Below are positions 40,107-50,840 of a stretch of 64,000 bases of DNA, one piece after another. Under the pieces are notes generated by a model, which was not told the origin of the DNA, made no database searches, and worked only from the letters and a program-made list of their open reading frames with translations. The stretch lies in IMG/VR virus record IMGVR_UViG_3300042402_005558, one strand, 5' to 3'. The stretch comes from an uncultured virus (IMG/VR IMGVR_UViG_3300042402_005558) (lineage: Duplodnaviria; Heunggongvirae; Uroviricota; Caudoviricetes). The translations under genes were made by a program, and so were the position numbers. How positions within the stretch are numbered: position 1 is the stretch's first letter; the number at the start of each line of letters is the position of its first letter.

Positions 40107-40651
40107 TGAAAACCATAACTTGGAAACCTACTACAAACAAAACATTAGATGATGAATTCGAATATTTGAGAAATATTCAATACAACGATGTATCTCACAA
40201 ACTATGGAAGAACTACAATAGAGAAACACTGTCTCAGGCATCAGCATTTACTATATGCTATAATGATGACGGTATTCCGGAAATGTGTTCTAGCATAGCC
40301 ATTAAAAATTGTTGGCCTAAAGAAACCTATAGAATATTAAATAGATTATGGAAACCTTCCAATAGAATTAACTACCCTAAAATCATGAGTCCTAGTTTTG
40401 CAGAAACAGCCCTCAGTCAAATAAATTGGCTTAAAGAGAACACAGAATGCAGATTGATTTTTATCAGTCGGCAAAGCAATAACTGGGAAGACTGGGTGAT
40501 AAACCAATTCAAATCTGTTTATGATATTCAATTTTGTAAAAATGAATTCAAATATCTTACCTGTAGTAATGAATCTGACGATAGTTGTTGGCAAAAAATA
40601 ATCTATCAAGGAGATAAAAGTATTTTAGAAGAATGGAAAAGATGTCTATAA
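40106..40651 (+). CDS. Hypothetical protein, possibly GNAT-like
   Basis: ATG overlaps the tctA stop codon (TAATG); RILNRLW and FISRQ motifs. Confidence 0.55.
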   Translation: MKTITWKPTTNKTLDDEFEYLRNIQYNDVSHKLWKNYNRETLSQASAFTICYNDDGIPEMCSSIAIKNCWPKETYRILNRLWKPSNRINYPKIMSPSFAETALSQINWLKENTECRLIFISRQSNNWEDWVINQFKSVYDIQFCKNEFKYLTCSNESDDSCWQKIIYQGDKSILEEWKRCL

Positions 40652-41421
40652 TTAAAAATATTGTTCATTTTCCTAACCTGTGGGGCAGTATTGTTCCGAT
40701 GCAGGCAGTCGGTGTATATGCGTTATACTCGATATTTTTTAGTTCGCCACCAGATTGGTGGTGGGTTGCTACCTTAATTGGTTACATCTGCATGAAAATG
40801 CTAGGAATTTCAGCAGGGTATCATCGTCTATTTTGCCATGGCGGATACAAAGTCAACAAAATAACCAAACGTCTATTGTTGTGGTTTGCGATAATCGCCG
40901 GACAGGGAAGTCCTATATATTGGATAGGAATACACCGAGGATATCACCATAGATACACAGACACTGACAAGGATGCTCATAGTCCTAGACACGGGTTTTG
41001 GCACAGTTACATTCTATGGATGTTTAAAATGAGGGCAATGAGCATTAGATCAGTATTAGATCTGTTGAGAGACAGCGACATGATTTTTGCGCACAAACAT
41101 TATATCAAAATATTCTGGTTGAGTCACCTAGCTGTGGCCCTGATAAATTTTGAATTATGGTTATACCTTATGGGGTTTGCTGCCTTTATCACTTTACATA
41201 GTTTTTTAATTCAGACCAGCGGCACACATCTTTCTTGGGTCGGGTATAAGAATTATGATCTTGTGGACGACAGTGTCAATGTTCCTTGGCTGTTTCCGAT
41301 TATCCTGGGAGAGGCATGGCACAACAATCATCACGGCGACGGTCGTAATCCTAATTATGGTCGCAAGTGGTGGGAATTTGATCCGACTTTTTGGCTAATA
41401 AAAATAATTAGAATAGATTAA
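40633..41421 (+). CDS. Membrane fatty acid (delta-9-type) desaturase
   Basis: His boxes HRLFCH, HRGYHH and HNNHH; D.HSP; GEAWHNNHH. Confidence 0.92.
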   Translation: MEKMSIIKNIVHFPNLWGSIVPMQAVGVYALYSIFFSSPPDWWWVATLIGYICMKMLGISAGYHRLFCHGGYKVNKITKRLLLWFAIIAGQGSPIYWIGIHRGYHHRYTDTDKDAHSPRHGFWHSYILWMFKMRAMSIRSVLDLLRDSDMIFAHKHYIKIFWLSHLAVALINFELWLYLMGFAAFITLHSFLIQTSGTHLSWVGYKNYDLVDDSVNVPWLFPIILGEAWHNNHHGDGRNPNYGRKWWEFDPTFWLIKIIRID

Positions 41422-41422
41422 T

Positions 41423-41851
41423 ATGGAATATATTTTTTATTTTTTCTTATGGACCTTTGTTTTGTACTGGATACACAGAATAGGTCATAAAACTCCCTAT
41501 ATAAAAGAATTTCATAGACATCATCATGTTTATGTGATTAAAACAATAACCGGATGGCACTGGAATAATTTATTTCTTTTTAACGATGACTGGCCAAGCA
41601 CGATCGATCTATGGTTTACTGAAGTTATTCCTACAATAATTTTTAGCTGGATAACTGGTCAATGGTGGATAGCGATTTTTTATTATATATGGGCGGCCTT
41701 TCTTCAAGAACCTTTAGAACATAGACGAGGTTTTAATTTACCATTACTAACCTGCGGAGAATGGCATTTGAAACACCATCGCCGACCGGATAAGAATTTT
41801 GGTTTATTTTTCCCAGTATGGGACAGAATTTTTGGAACTGAATTAAAATGA
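41423..41851 (+). CDS. Fatty acid hydroxylase / sterol desaturase family protein (short)
   Basis: HRIGH, HRHHH, HLKHH and NFG...WDRIFGT motifs. Confidence 0.85.
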   Translation: MEYIFYFFLWTFVLYWIHRIGHKTPYIKEFHRHHHVYVIKTITGWHWNNLFLFNDDWPSTIDLWFTEVIPTIIFSWITGQWWIAIFYYIWAAFLQEPLEHRRGFNLPLLTCGEWHLKHHRRPDKNFGLFFPVWDRIFGTELK

Positions 41852-42792
41852 TCTATACATCTTCTCAAAATTGGTACAATTGGTCCTATAATGGAGAAAA
41901 ATTTTCTAGATCGTTTTCCAAGGACGATGTGTTTTCAACAGCCTTCGAGGTCGACTCTGTGAGTGTCGGAACTTTTAGGCAAGAACTACTGTTAGCTTCA
42001 AAAGATATACTTGATCATTATCCCGGGCTAAGACCTTGTATAATGTTTAGCGGTGGTATAGACAGCGAGATAGTTCTCAGATCGTTTTTAGAAATAGGAG
42101 CCGATCCAGAAGTCTGTATCTTTAGATACGAAAACGATTACAACATGTACGATGTGAGTTATGCTGTAACTGTCTGCTCCATGCTAGATGTAAAATACAG
42201 AATAATAGATTTCAGTCTTAAAAATTATTATGAACAGGAAGCTGAAACTATTTCTGAAAATGCGCAAATAGACAGAGCCATGGTGTTACCTCAATTGAAA
42301 TTCATGGAATACACTGACGGATTACCAATCTATTCCGAAGGTGTTCCGTCATGGAATAGAACAGACAATGATTATTCTAAACAAGGAACATGGTTAATGA
42401 GTTGCTGGGAACATGATATAGGTTGGTCAAAATATATGATTTATAAAAATAGGCCAGCGGTCATGGAATATTTTAAATGGTCACCGAGTCTCATGACAGC
42501 ATGGAATAACACAACCTGGATCAAGAAGCTGATCAATGATGAATATTATGGAAAATTAGGAACCAATTCAACTAAGATTATAGGATATCGAGAAGCTTAT
42601 CCGGACTTGCTAGAAAGAAAGAAAAAAACCGGGTTTGAAAATTGTCAAGACCTAATACTAGAATTTGAAAACTTTTTAGAAAAAAAATACAACGGTTTTA
42701 CGTTCAGGAGACACTACGATAGAAACTATGATCAGCTATTGTCGGATCTCTGCCAGAACCTAGCAGTTTCGCCATTAAATTTAGATAGATGA
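41848..42792 (+). CDS. PP-loop (asparagine-synthetase-like) ATP pyrophosphatase-fold protein
   Basis: FSGGIDSE; RKKKTGFE. Confidence 0.7.
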   Translation: MIYTSSQNWYNWSYNGEKFSRSFSKDDVFSTAFEVDSVSVGTFRQELLLASKDILDHYPGLRPCIMFSGGIDSEIVLRSFLEIGADPEVCIFRYENDYNMYDVSYAVTVCSMLDVKYRIIDFSLKNYYEQEAETISENAQIDRAMVLPQLKFMEYTDGLPIYSEGVPSWNRTDNDYSKQGTWLMSCWEHDIGWSKYMIYKNRPAVMEYFKWSPSLMTAWNNTTWIKKLINDEYYGKLGTNSTKIIGYREAYPDLLERKKKTGFENCQDLILEFENFLEKKYNGFTFRRHYDRNYDQLLSDLCQNLAVSPLNLDR

Positions 42793-43658
42793 TCTACGAG
42801 ATCAAATAATGGTATCGGGACCAAGTTTTCCATGTATTTGTGCCATTGTGTATTCATGATCCAATCAACTTTTTCTGGACCTTGATACTTGGGATAATAT
42901 TCTAATTCGTCTTTCCAATACTTACCGTAGATGAATGGTTTTATGTAAAGATCCCAATGATCGATTATCCTAATTTTTTCTCCATTACTATCTCTTAACC
43001 CATTATCTTTGATGTAAGGGTAGGCATGCAAAAACGCCTGCACAACATCGTCGGTTAGTAAACTGAGTAGCATTTCTCCAAATCTTTCCCAACCAATAAT
43101 ATCGCCTGTTCTGTTTGACAATTGTAGTGCTCTTAATCTAGCGATTTCAAAAGAGTTAGCAGTTTCTAACATGTACCATTTATCATTTTTGTACAAAAGG
43201 TCTGGGCCATGTATTCCTTGTATAAAATCATAATCTCCTGGCAGCTGATTTAGGAACTGAGTATGCATGTGTTGATATGGAGCCAGCCCGGTTTGTCTAG
43301 TTAATTCTAAAAGTTCATCTTTCTTTTGATAAGGATCCATTTCTATTATTATAGATTTAAAATTATATTTCTTTTCTAAAAATTTTAAACGTTCTAGTTC
43401 ATTTTCGTTAGATCCTTTCAGATAAAGAAAGGCAACTTCTATAGGAATCCCCTGAGTAAAAAAACTGTGTAATACTGCTTGACTATCTAGACCGGTACTT
43501 AATCCTAGCATAAGTTTAGGATTTTTTTCATACAACGATACAGCACGTCTATCAAATTCCTTTCTGAGATTTTCAACTGGCCGAGAACAACTATATTCTA
43601 CATAAAATTTTTTGTCCTCGAAACCAAAATTTATTCCAGAATGAATGTTTTGTGTCAT
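42732..43658 (-). CDS. PP-loop-fold protein
   Basis: LSTGLDSQ; shares WDLYIKP and PKYQG.EK with the next gene. Confidence 0.7.
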   Translation of the reverse strand: MTQNIHSGINFGFEDKKFYVEYSCSRPVENLRKEFDRRAVSLYEKNPKLMLGLSTGLDSQAVLHSFFTQGIPIEVAFLYLKGSNENELERLKFLEKKYNFKSIIIEMDPYQKKDELLELTRQTGLAPYQHMHTQFLNQLPGDYDFIQGIHGPDLLYKNDKWYMLETANSFEIARLRALQLSNRTGDIIGWERFGEMLLSLLTDDVVQAFLHAYPYIKDNGLRDSNGEKIRIIDHWDLYIKPFIYGKYWKDELEYYPKYQGPEKVDWIMNTQWHKYMENLVPIPLFDLVDHLSKFNGETARFWQRSDNS

Positions 43659-44653
43659 ATATTTTCTGAGAGAGATTTGAAACCAGAGAGCAGGTCTTTA
43701 CTAAAATTCTTGATAGAATATTTGCTTTCTGTGAAGTTTGTGTATTGAGACGTTTGACTGAAAATATGATTACGTAGAGTATTGATTTCGATAACAATCA
43801 TCCGTTCTCTATAATAGGTCCTATAGTCTCCTAGCCAGTGAATTTTTTCTGACCCTTGATATTTTGGAAAATACATAAGATCTTGTTTCCAATGTTTATA
43901 ATAGAGATACGGTTTTATGTATAAATCCCAAGAATCAGGCAATAGGTCTTTAAGAAACCGTGTTAGGTCGTGACCAGCAAAGTAATCATAAGAATCTAAA
44001 AAACATTGAAACGGTTCTTCTTGAAAGATAGACGCCAGTATATTACTGTTCTTGCCGAAGGTAATAAATTTGCTCTTTCTATTCAGCAGAGCCACTGCTC
44101 GTCGTCTAGCAAATTCGAAAGTATTATATGATTCAAGATAATATAATTTTCCAAAACCCTGTGCAATTATAGGACCTTCATATCCTTGTATGATATCCAT
44201 GTCTTCCGGGAGCATAGAAACAAATTTTTTATACATCAATTCGCCAGGAAAGATCTTAGTTTCTTGATGTTCTTTTAAAATTTCTTCTCTAATTTCGTAT
44301 GGATTAATTACAATTTTAGTTAATTTAAAATTGTATTTTTTCTGTAGAGCGTTTACCCATTCTAGTTCTATATCATTAAACCCAGGATAGTGTCTAAACA
44401 CACAGTCTACTTTTAGGTTTTGATCATAGAACGAATTTAATACTATTTGACCATCGAGTCCGCCGCTCAGCGAAATAACTGGAAATTTTAAATTTTTATG
44501 TAACTCGCCGGCAAGAAACATACATGCTTCTTTGAAATTAAGATTAGTGTGTTCTGCAGGATTGATTTTAAGAATATATTTGTCGTCCTCGAAACCGTAA
44601 TACCAATCGTTATCGAGACCGGTTGATTGAAAAGGTATGTTCATATTAAACAA
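43655..44653 (-). CDS. PP-loop-fold protein
   Basis: LSGGLDGQ; WDLYIKP; PKYQGSEK. Confidence 0.7.
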   Translation of the reverse strand: MFNMNIPFQSTGLDNDWYYGFEDDKYILKINPAEHTNLNFKEACMFLAGELHKNLKFPVISLSGGLDGQIVLNSFYDQNLKVDCVFRHYPGFNDIELEWVNALQKKYNFKLTKIVINPYEIREEILKEHQETKIFPGELMYKKFVSMLPEDMDIIQGYEGPIIAQGFGKLYYLESYNTFEFARRRAVALLNRKSKFITFGKNSNILASIFQEEPFQCFLDSYDYFAGHDLTRFLKDLLPDSWDLYIKPYLYYKHWKQDLMYFPKYQGSEKIHWLGDYRTYYRERMIVIEINTLRNHIFSQTSQYTNFTESKYSIKNFSKDLLSGFKSLSENI

Positions 44654-45086
44654 TCACTGAGTGTTTGCCCCATCGAATCCAGTTCCATAATCTTTCGTGA
44701 CTCCAATATAAGACTATGTTAACAACAGTGGCCATTCCTGCAAATAACGCAGCCTGCCCCCAACTTCCAGTCATAATAAAGGGTATTACAAAATTGCTGA
44801 CTGTGATAAAAATTCTCCATGATACAACTTTTGAAATTGATCTCGATTGTCCTTCTGTGAATTTAATTTTTTCATTTTCTTTTCGATTCCACTGTATAAC
44901 GTTCCAGCTACGTTCATGCACCCAAAACATTACACTGTTAATTACCAGAGCTAGCCCTGCTATCTTTACTCCAATCAGCAAACTACCCGTGACCACAAAG
45001 GCGTTTACTATGTGAGATACAGTTATCAATACCCGCCAGGAAATAACCTTGGCAATACTTCGTGGATGGTTTTCGTTGAATTTCAT
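44646..45086 (-). CDS. Tandem DUF2061 membrane protein
   Basis: Two copies of RSI.K..SWR...HER.W; TAAATA at 45106-45111 (-). Confidence 0.85.
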   Translation of the reverse strand: MKFNENHPRSIAKVISWRVLITVSHIVNAFVVTGSLLIGVKIAGLALVINSVMFWVHERSWNVIQWNRKENEKIKFTEGQSRSISKVVSWRIFITVSNFVIPFIMTGSWGQAALFAGMATVVNIVLYWSHERLWNWIRWGKHSVIV

Positions 45087-45104
45087 ATTTGACCTTTTGT
45101 GGGT

Positions 45105-46268
45105 TTATTTATGAATACTCATTGGTCCTATTTTATAATCATGATTAAACATAACGAGTCCATCTGCGATGCCGTTTTTTACGTTTACAAAATTTCCTGC
45201 GTTCGATTGTACATAAGACAACCCTTCTAACCATATGGAATGCGTTTTAGTACCCCTATGACCTTGAATAAACCACGAATCAAATTCACTATACCAATCT
45301 CTTGTTGATTTATCAGCCTGGTACCAGGATTCGTTCCATGTCGAATAAATTAGATTTCTAAGCACCCTTTCATGAACCAATCTAAAAACTTCTTTAGATA
45401 AAGATTTCCCGCTCCATAGATCCAAATACATCGGTGTAAGTTCAAGCCAACGTTTTATAACATGTGCCTGTTTACACAACATATCTACAGATTCAGGACT
45501 CCAATAAAAATATTCTACGGTCGAATTTGGATAATCTTTAACGAAATCATTTACACTGGCTATGTTAGAAGCTCTATCATTGAAACGTATGTAAAAGTCA
45601 TTGGTCTGGCTGTGTATATATGTGCGGGGTTTCTCCACTCCTAAAATGATAGCAATTTTTTTATCTTTATCGAATTTTTTTCTTATTTCTGAAAAATACA
45701 GATAATTATATCTTGTTACATTTAACGGATTCAGACCTTCTCTCTTTGTTTCAATCCAACTGGCATCTCCGTGATCATCAAAAAAAGAAAATAAAAATTT
45801 AGTTAGATCCACAATAGTGATCTTAGTTTTAGGAGACCTATTTTGTATTTCTTGTAGTCGGGGTAATGTCTGTAGAACATGTTCGGAAGCAGCAGCATTA
45901 TGAGAACTTTTGTTGTCTTGGGAAATGTTCATAAAATTTCCATTTCCTTCAGACATTGTGTTGATCAACAATTCATCTATATGCAATCCCTGCCTTAGGA
46001 AACTTTCAACGATATTATGGCTATCGGCACCGCCGCTGTAGCTAATAATAATATAGTCATATTTTTCTCTAAGAGATCTAGATCTCATATCATACAAGGC
46101 ATCTAATGACAGTGAAGGTTCTAGGGACCAATCATAGTTTGAAAATATGTCGTCGTTGAAGATCCATGTTACTGGTTTTGAAAATTTAGTTGCAAACAAA
46201 CATGCCTGTATCTTGGAATCAAATTCTATATTATCTACCTTGTAGTAGCCTAACGCTTTTTTTATCAT
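45105..46268 (-). CDS. PP-loop-fold protein
   Basis: LREKYDY...YSGGADSHN, GVEKP and EYFYW motifs. Confidence 0.75.
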   Translation of the reverse strand: MIKKALGYYKVDNIEFDSKIQACLFATKFSKPVTWIFNDDIFSNYDWSLEPSLSLDALYDMRSRSLREKYDYIIISYSGGADSHNIVESFLRQGLHIDELLINTMSEGNGNFMNISQDNKSSHNAAASEHVLQTLPRLQEIQNRSPKTKITIVDLTKFLFSFFDDHGDASWIETKREGLNPLNVTRYNYLYFSEIRKKFDKDKKIAIILGVEKPRTYIHSQTNDFYIRFNDRASNIASVNDFVKDYPNSTVEYFYWSPESVDMLCKQAHVIKRWLELTPMYLDLWSGKSLSKEVFRLVHERVLRNLIYSTWNESWYQADKSTRDWYSEFDSWFIQGHRGTKTHSIWLEGLSYVQSNAGNFVNVKNGIADGLVMFNHDYKIGPMSIHK

Positions 46269-46275
46269 GGTGGAC

Positions 46276-46326
46276 TATTTATATTGTGTCATATTTGAAA
46301 ATTTAAAAATGAACGTTTTATAAATA
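46276..46326. promoter_or_regulatory. Divergent pair of TATAAATA late-type promoters
   Basis: TATAAATA at 46276-46283 (-) and 46319-46326 (+). Confidence 0.75.
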
Positions 46327-46354
46327 TCAACTGAAGGCATCAAGGAAAATACTA

Positions 46355-47281
46355 ATGAAAAGAATTTTAGTTTGGTTGGCGATGATTTTTGTAACAAATC
46401 CACTGTGGGCAAACCCCACCGTAGAAATTCCAAAAGATGTTAATATCTTAGTACCGTATGGTCCGGGCGGAATTTCAGATATACAGGTGCGTCATCTTTC
46501 ACTGTGGCTGGCAAAAAGAGGAATCAATTTGAATCCTATTTACAAGCCTGGAGGTAACAGCACAATAGCCGCAAATGAATTAGCAACATCAAATAAAGAC
46601 GGATCTGTGTTGATGATAAATTCAACCAGCAATTCATGGTTAGCTAAAGAACGATTAAGTAGAGAAGTAATCGATCCGATTGTGACCACTGGCGGAAATG
46701 CTAATGCTTTCATAACATTTCCTGGTAGCAGGTATGAAAATTACAATGATTTCGTTCGTATTCTTAAATCCAACGATCCAGAAACAAAAATAGGTTGGCA
46801 TGCGGTGGCCAATCTCATAAATCTAAATCAGCTTGTAGAAAAACTCGAAGCGCCTAAACCTCTGCTAATACCGTACAAAACATCAACCGAGTCAAGTAGA
46901 GATGTGGCAGGAAAACATATTCCGTTGGCATTGGTTCCCATGTCAACGGCATTGCCTTTGGCAGAATCCGGGAAGGTTAAAATTATCTTTGGTTTTTCTG
47001 CAGGCAAGTCTGGGTTACCGACGGGTGTCTTAGATCTCAAAAGTAAAATACCTTCGTGGCAACACGGCGAATTGTTTTTTATTGGATTACCACCAGGGAC
47101 TGATAAAAAAGTACATAATGCATGGTCTACACTTTTAAAAGAATATCTAAATGATAAACAAACAGAAGATACCTACACTAAGGCTTATTTCGGAAAAGAT
47201 GTTGGAGATCGTGAATACGTGTTTGAAGTTATCAACCGACAGAGTGAGTTGATCAAAAAATATAAAATAGAATTCAAATAA
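46355..47281 (+). CDS. tctC: TctC/Bug family periplasmic substrate-binding protein
   Basis: Signal peptide, VPYGPGG.SD, KPGG, IPYK, DVAG and LPPGT motifs. Confidence 0.85.
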   Translation: MKRILVWLAMIFVTNPLWANPTVEIPKDVNILVPYGPGGISDIQVRHLSLWLAKRGINLNPIYKPGGNSTIAANELATSNKDGSVLMINSTSNSWLAKERLSREVIDPIVTTGGNANAFITFPGSRYENYNDFVRILKSNDPETKIGWHAVANLINLNQLVEKLEAPKPLLIPYKTSTESSRDVAGKHIPLALVPMSTALPLAESGKVKIIFGFSAGKSGLPTGVLDLKSKIPSWQHGELFFIGLPPGTDKKVHNAWSTLLKEYLNDKQTEDTYTKAYFGKDVGDREYVFEVINRQSELIKKYKIEFK

Positions 47282-47283
47282 AT

Positions 47284-47472
47284 ATGAATACTGATTCTTC
47301 AACCATGAAGATTCGACCATGGAAAGAGGGAGTGTTACCACCCCCAGATGCCAAGCGTCCTAGATGTAAAGTCATGTACTGCTACGATGGAAAAACCGGT
47401 GTATTAGATGAGGATGACACAGACTTTGTGGATTGGCTCATTGTTATAGCTTATGAAACAGAGGAAAAATAA
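47284..47472 (+). CDS. Small hypothetical protein
   Basis: Fills the gap; stop codon overlaps the next ATG. Confidence 0.5.
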   Translation: MNTDSSTMKIRPWKEGVLPPPDAKRPRCKVMYCYDGKTGVLDEDDTDFVDWLIVIAYETEEK

Positions 47473-48245
47473 TGGATCCAAAAATTTATGAATCGAGAGC
47501 TAGGTATCATTCTTTGCCTGCTGATTTTCAATATCAAGGGGCTGAAAAGTACCAAAGCAATTTAGAATATATCAAAGAAAATTTCAGCAGTTATCATTTC
47601 GATAAATGGAAAAAAGAAGAAGAAGGAGATTGGTATCATCAGTTAGGAAGATTTGAATTAGACCCAGAGATACCAAAAATCATTCCTTGGCTGATTGAAA
47701 AATCCAAAGATGTAGGTTGGTCAGACCTTTCGAAAATCGGTGTCCATCCAGGGTTCCCTGGTGGAGTGAGTCCTCTTCAAAATCAAGAAGATTACGATCT
47801 AGAACAAAGCGGAGTAACAAACGATTTTGTTCAAATGGTTCCGGAACCAGACATGTGTCATATTCCTTCCTTACAGAAGATGGGAGAATATTGGAAGTTC
47901 AAAAGATTAAGAACTCGAGTGCATGTGCAAATGCCCGGACAGCTATTTACTTGGCACGTAGACAAACTTTGGCACAGGAATCCGTTGGCTCCGCATAAAA
48001 TGTCTAGAATGGTAATATTTTTAGAAGATTACGAGCCGGGACAGATAATGGTTTATGGTAATTCTGTTCTAACACAGTGGCGTGCCGGTGATGTACATAT
48101 TTTTGACACGTTAAATATTCCTCACTGTACTGCAAACATGAGTTATAAACCTAGAGTGGTAATGATTATAACCGCAGTTCGTACAGACGAGAGCGATAAA
48201 ATTCTAAAAGACTGTACCGCAGATACTATACATCGGTATACTTAA
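47472..48245 (+). CDS. 2OG-Fe(II)/cupin-like dioxygenase
   Basis: PGQ..WHVD...WRAGD...PHCTAN...R. Confidence 0.75.
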   Translation: MDPKIYESRARYHSLPADFQYQGAEKYQSNLEYIKENFSSYHFDKWKKEEEGDWYHQLGRFELDPEIPKIIPWLIEKSKDVGWSDLSKIGVHPGFPGGVSPLQNQEDYDLEQSGVTNDFVQMVPEPDMCHIPSLQKMGEYWKFKRLRTRVHVQMPGQLFTWHVDKLWHRNPLAPHKMSRMVIFLEDYEPGQIMVYGNSVLTQWRAGDVHIFDTLNIPHCTANMSYKPRVVMIITAVRTDESDKILKDCTADTIHRYT

Positions 48246-49272
48246 ATTGCTTTACAAGATATTCATCTACAGTCACAGGCTCGAAGTTTGACGAGTCTGT
48301 TTTTGTAATAATGTCTTGAAGCAGATATTGATTAGTAGTGCTTACACCCCAATTTATATTAGGTGCCACGGCAGCACAGTTTAACAGAACCGAACTAGCA
48401 ATGCCAGTCTCGGCTATCTTACCGGACAAATTTATATTCAATCCTAGATCGTTTGTTAGATTGGCGGCCTCGACCAGTTTGAAGGGATCACTGAATTTCA
48501 TTAGTTTTAAATTTACCCCCTGACCAGTGCCTAGATTCATCATTTCGCGAATATCTTTACAGGTAAAAATGTCTTGATCTAGACACACACTTACACCTAG
48601 GTCGAGAGAATTACAATCTTCGATAAAGAGTATGTTATCTCTAGATGTTTCTCGAACAAACTTTTGAAAAGATTCTGTAGAAATTCCACTGTTTGAATCA
48701 ACACAAAGATTGGAATTATGTGTAATTTCTCTTAGGCGATGTATCAACGAAATCTCATCGTCAATATTGTGTTTGCCTATTTTAACTTTGAAAAATTTAA
48801 CTCCGGACAGGTAACATGCTTCAGCTTCGTTAAGATCGTCCTCTATGGTTTCGTTAGCTAATATTCTTAAACTTGCAATATCATTTCTAATTTTTTTTCC
48901 TAATAATTGATGCAATGACACATCGTTAGCTCTGCAATATAAATCTAGTAAAGCCGAGTATACCGCAAATTTAGCTCCGGTATTACCATAGAACATTTTG
49001 TCTATGTCTGAAATAATTTTTTTGTAATTTGAAATTTCTTGACCAATAACAAAAGTTTTGAACCAACGATTAATAATTTCGTTCATGCCAGAAACTGTGT
49101 CACCAGTCATTCTAGGAGCTGATGCTGATTCGCCCCAACCGACTAATCCATCTGATTCAATTTTGACAATTATATTTTCTGCATGACTTATGCACCTACC
49201 AGAAAGAAACATAGGATTTTTCAGCGGAATTTTTATAACGACTGTTTCTAAATTAGTAATTCTAAAAGGCAT
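48226..49272 (-). CDS. Mandelate racemase / muconate cycloisomerase (enolase superfamily)
   Basis: GLVGWGE, ALLDL, FKVKIG, VDSN, FIED, DQD and NLKLMK motifs. Confidence 0.85.
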   Translation of the reverse strand: MPFRITNLETVVIKIPLKNPMFLSGRCISHAENIIVKIESDGLVGWGESASAPRMTGDTVSGMNEIINRWFKTFVIGQEISNYKKIISDIDKMFYGNTGAKFAVYSALLDLYCRANDVSLHQLLGKKIRNDIASLRILANETIEDDLNEAEACYLSGVKFFKVKIGKHNIDDEISLIHRLREITHNSNLCVDSNSGISTESFQKFVRETSRDNILFIEDCNSLDLGVSVCLDQDIFTCKDIREMMNLGTGQGVNLKLMKFSDPFKLVEAANLTNDLGLNINLSGKIAETGIASSVLLNCAAVAPNINWGVSTTNQYLLQDIITKTDSSNFEPVTVDEYLVKQFKYTDV

Positions 49273-49293
49273 TCTATGATTAATTGAGCACTG

Positions 49294-49596
49294 TTATGTT
49301 GTTAACATTTTTGATTCTTTGGATATTCCATTATTTTGATTGTATAAATCAAACTCTTTCTGCATTCCGACCACCGCCGGGTATTGCATATAATCTTCAT
49401 ATAAAGCCTCGCTTTCCCAATCCTGTGTAACTTCTAATGTTAACGGATCTAATTCCAATACGATTCTAGATACTTTGAATGTTTCCTGCGCCTTTATATA
49501 TTCAAATCTTTTTTTAGGAAGTTTGCTGAAATATTCGATGTGCCATGGTATAGACTCATCGACTCTTCTAAAGATGTGTATAACCTGAAAAGACAT
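49294..49596 (-). CDS. Hypothetical protein (possible dimeric alpha-beta barrel)
   Basis: WESEALYEDY motif; SD AAGGGG. Confidence 0.55.
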   Translation of the reverse strand: MSFQVIHIFRRVDESIPWHIEYFSKLPKKRFEYIKAQETFKVSRIVLELDPLTLEVTQDWESEALYEDYMQYPAVVGMQKEFDLYNQNNGISKESKMLTT

Positions 49597-49609
49597 TTTT
49601 TCCCCTTAA

Positions 49610-50797
49610 TTAAAAGTTATTTATTTTTAAATCTAACACCTTAAATGCTCTGGTTTTAAGTTTTCTTAGTCCGTAATTTATATTTGTCGGATCTTGAAAA
49701 AATTTGCTGTTTACATCAATAGTTATGTCTTTTACAACATTGGAAAAAATGTTTCTTGCACAACTTAAATCAGCAATCTCGTACATCCAGTAGTACCAAT
49801 CATTTCTTTGTATATTGGGTTTTTCTGCCTGGAAAATATCATCATTCCATGATTCGGCGTAAAGAACTTTTTTAAAAATTTTATTTTGTGCTTTCATGAT
49901 CCTGTTGCCCCGGGCTGCACTCACTAAACTATTTTTATACAAAAAATTATTAAATTTAGAATCAGCTACCATATGTAAGGCACATTGATATGCCTGCTCC
50001 ATAGGTAAGATCGGTAAATCTGCAGTCCAATAAAAAGGTTCTTTGGTACCTAGGTTAGGATCTACAGCTAACATATCAAATGCATGATCTGCAAAATGTA
50101 AATATATTCCATCAGGTTTTTCTGATAGCACTGGCTTTTCTATTCCGAAAATGTGGGCAGTATTTTCTGGTGTATATCTAGCATCGAATTTATCTATGTT
50201 CGCTGACATAAAAAAAACTGCCGGAGTATAATTAGAATAGAAATAGTTGTTGTGATCTAATTTTTCCTCTATAATGTCTGTGATATTTTTAGACATAAGA
50301 TTTTCTACATAATCGACTATGGTAATTTTGATCTCTGGATTAGATTTTGATATTCTTTTTAAAACAGGCTCAATAGCATAGTCCCATTCACTTAGACTAT
50401 TTCTAGCAGAGGTGTCGTTGACATTAGGCGTGTAAAATTTTTTGTCAGATAAAATTTTAGGCCATTTCACTACTATTTCGTCTAATTTTATTTTGTGTGT
50501 TAAAAAAGTATGTAGTATATTGTAACTGTCCGAACCACCGCTGAAATGCAAAACTAGATGCGAATATCGATCTCTCAGCTGTTCAGCTCGTTGCTTGTAA
50601 AGATTGGGTAGAGGAATTTTTCCTAACAGAGATCTATCAAAATTTTCCCAGATATGATTATGGTAATAAAAATGAATTTGATCTTTTTTATGTATCGAAG
50701 CGTATTGAAAGGCGTCGAATTTTTTTGTAAACCCCTTGTTATCTACAATCCAACATCCGTATTTTGAAAGAAGTTTAGGGTATTTCTGATAATCCAT
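49610..50797 (-). CDS. PP-loop-fold protein
   Basis: RAEQLRDRY...FSGGSDSYN, GIEKP and EPFYW motifs; start moved to MDYQ just after TATAAATA at 50806-50813. Confidence 0.75.
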   Translation of the reverse strand: MDYQKYPKLLSKYGCWIVDNKGFTKKFDAFQYASIHKKDQIHFYYHNHIWENFDRSLLGKIPLPNLYKQRAEQLRDRYSHLVLHFSGGSDSYNILHTFLTHKIKLDEIVVKWPKILSDKKFYTPNVNDTSARNSLSEWDYAIEPVLKRISKSNPEIKITIVDYVENLMSKNITDIIEEKLDHNNYFYSNYTPAVFFMSANIDKFDARYTPENTAHIFGIEKPVLSEKPDGIYLHFADHAFDMLAVDPNLGTKEPFYWTADLPILPMEQAYQCALHMVADSKFNNFLYKNSLVSAARGNRIMKAQNKIFKKVLYAESWNDDIFQAEKPNIQRNDWYYWMYEIADLSCARNIFSNVVKDITIDVNSKFFQDPTNINYGLRKLKTRAFKVLDLKINNF

Positions 50798-50840
50798 GTT
50801 ACAAATATTTATAAGCAATTGCCTGGTCATAAATAAATTC

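Noticed and set aside
47284..47472. RiPP precursor peptide for the radical SAM and PP-loop enzymes
   Set aside because: No recognisable leader or core motif, and no RRE/PqqD protein, peptidase or exporter identified; cannot be supported from sequence alone
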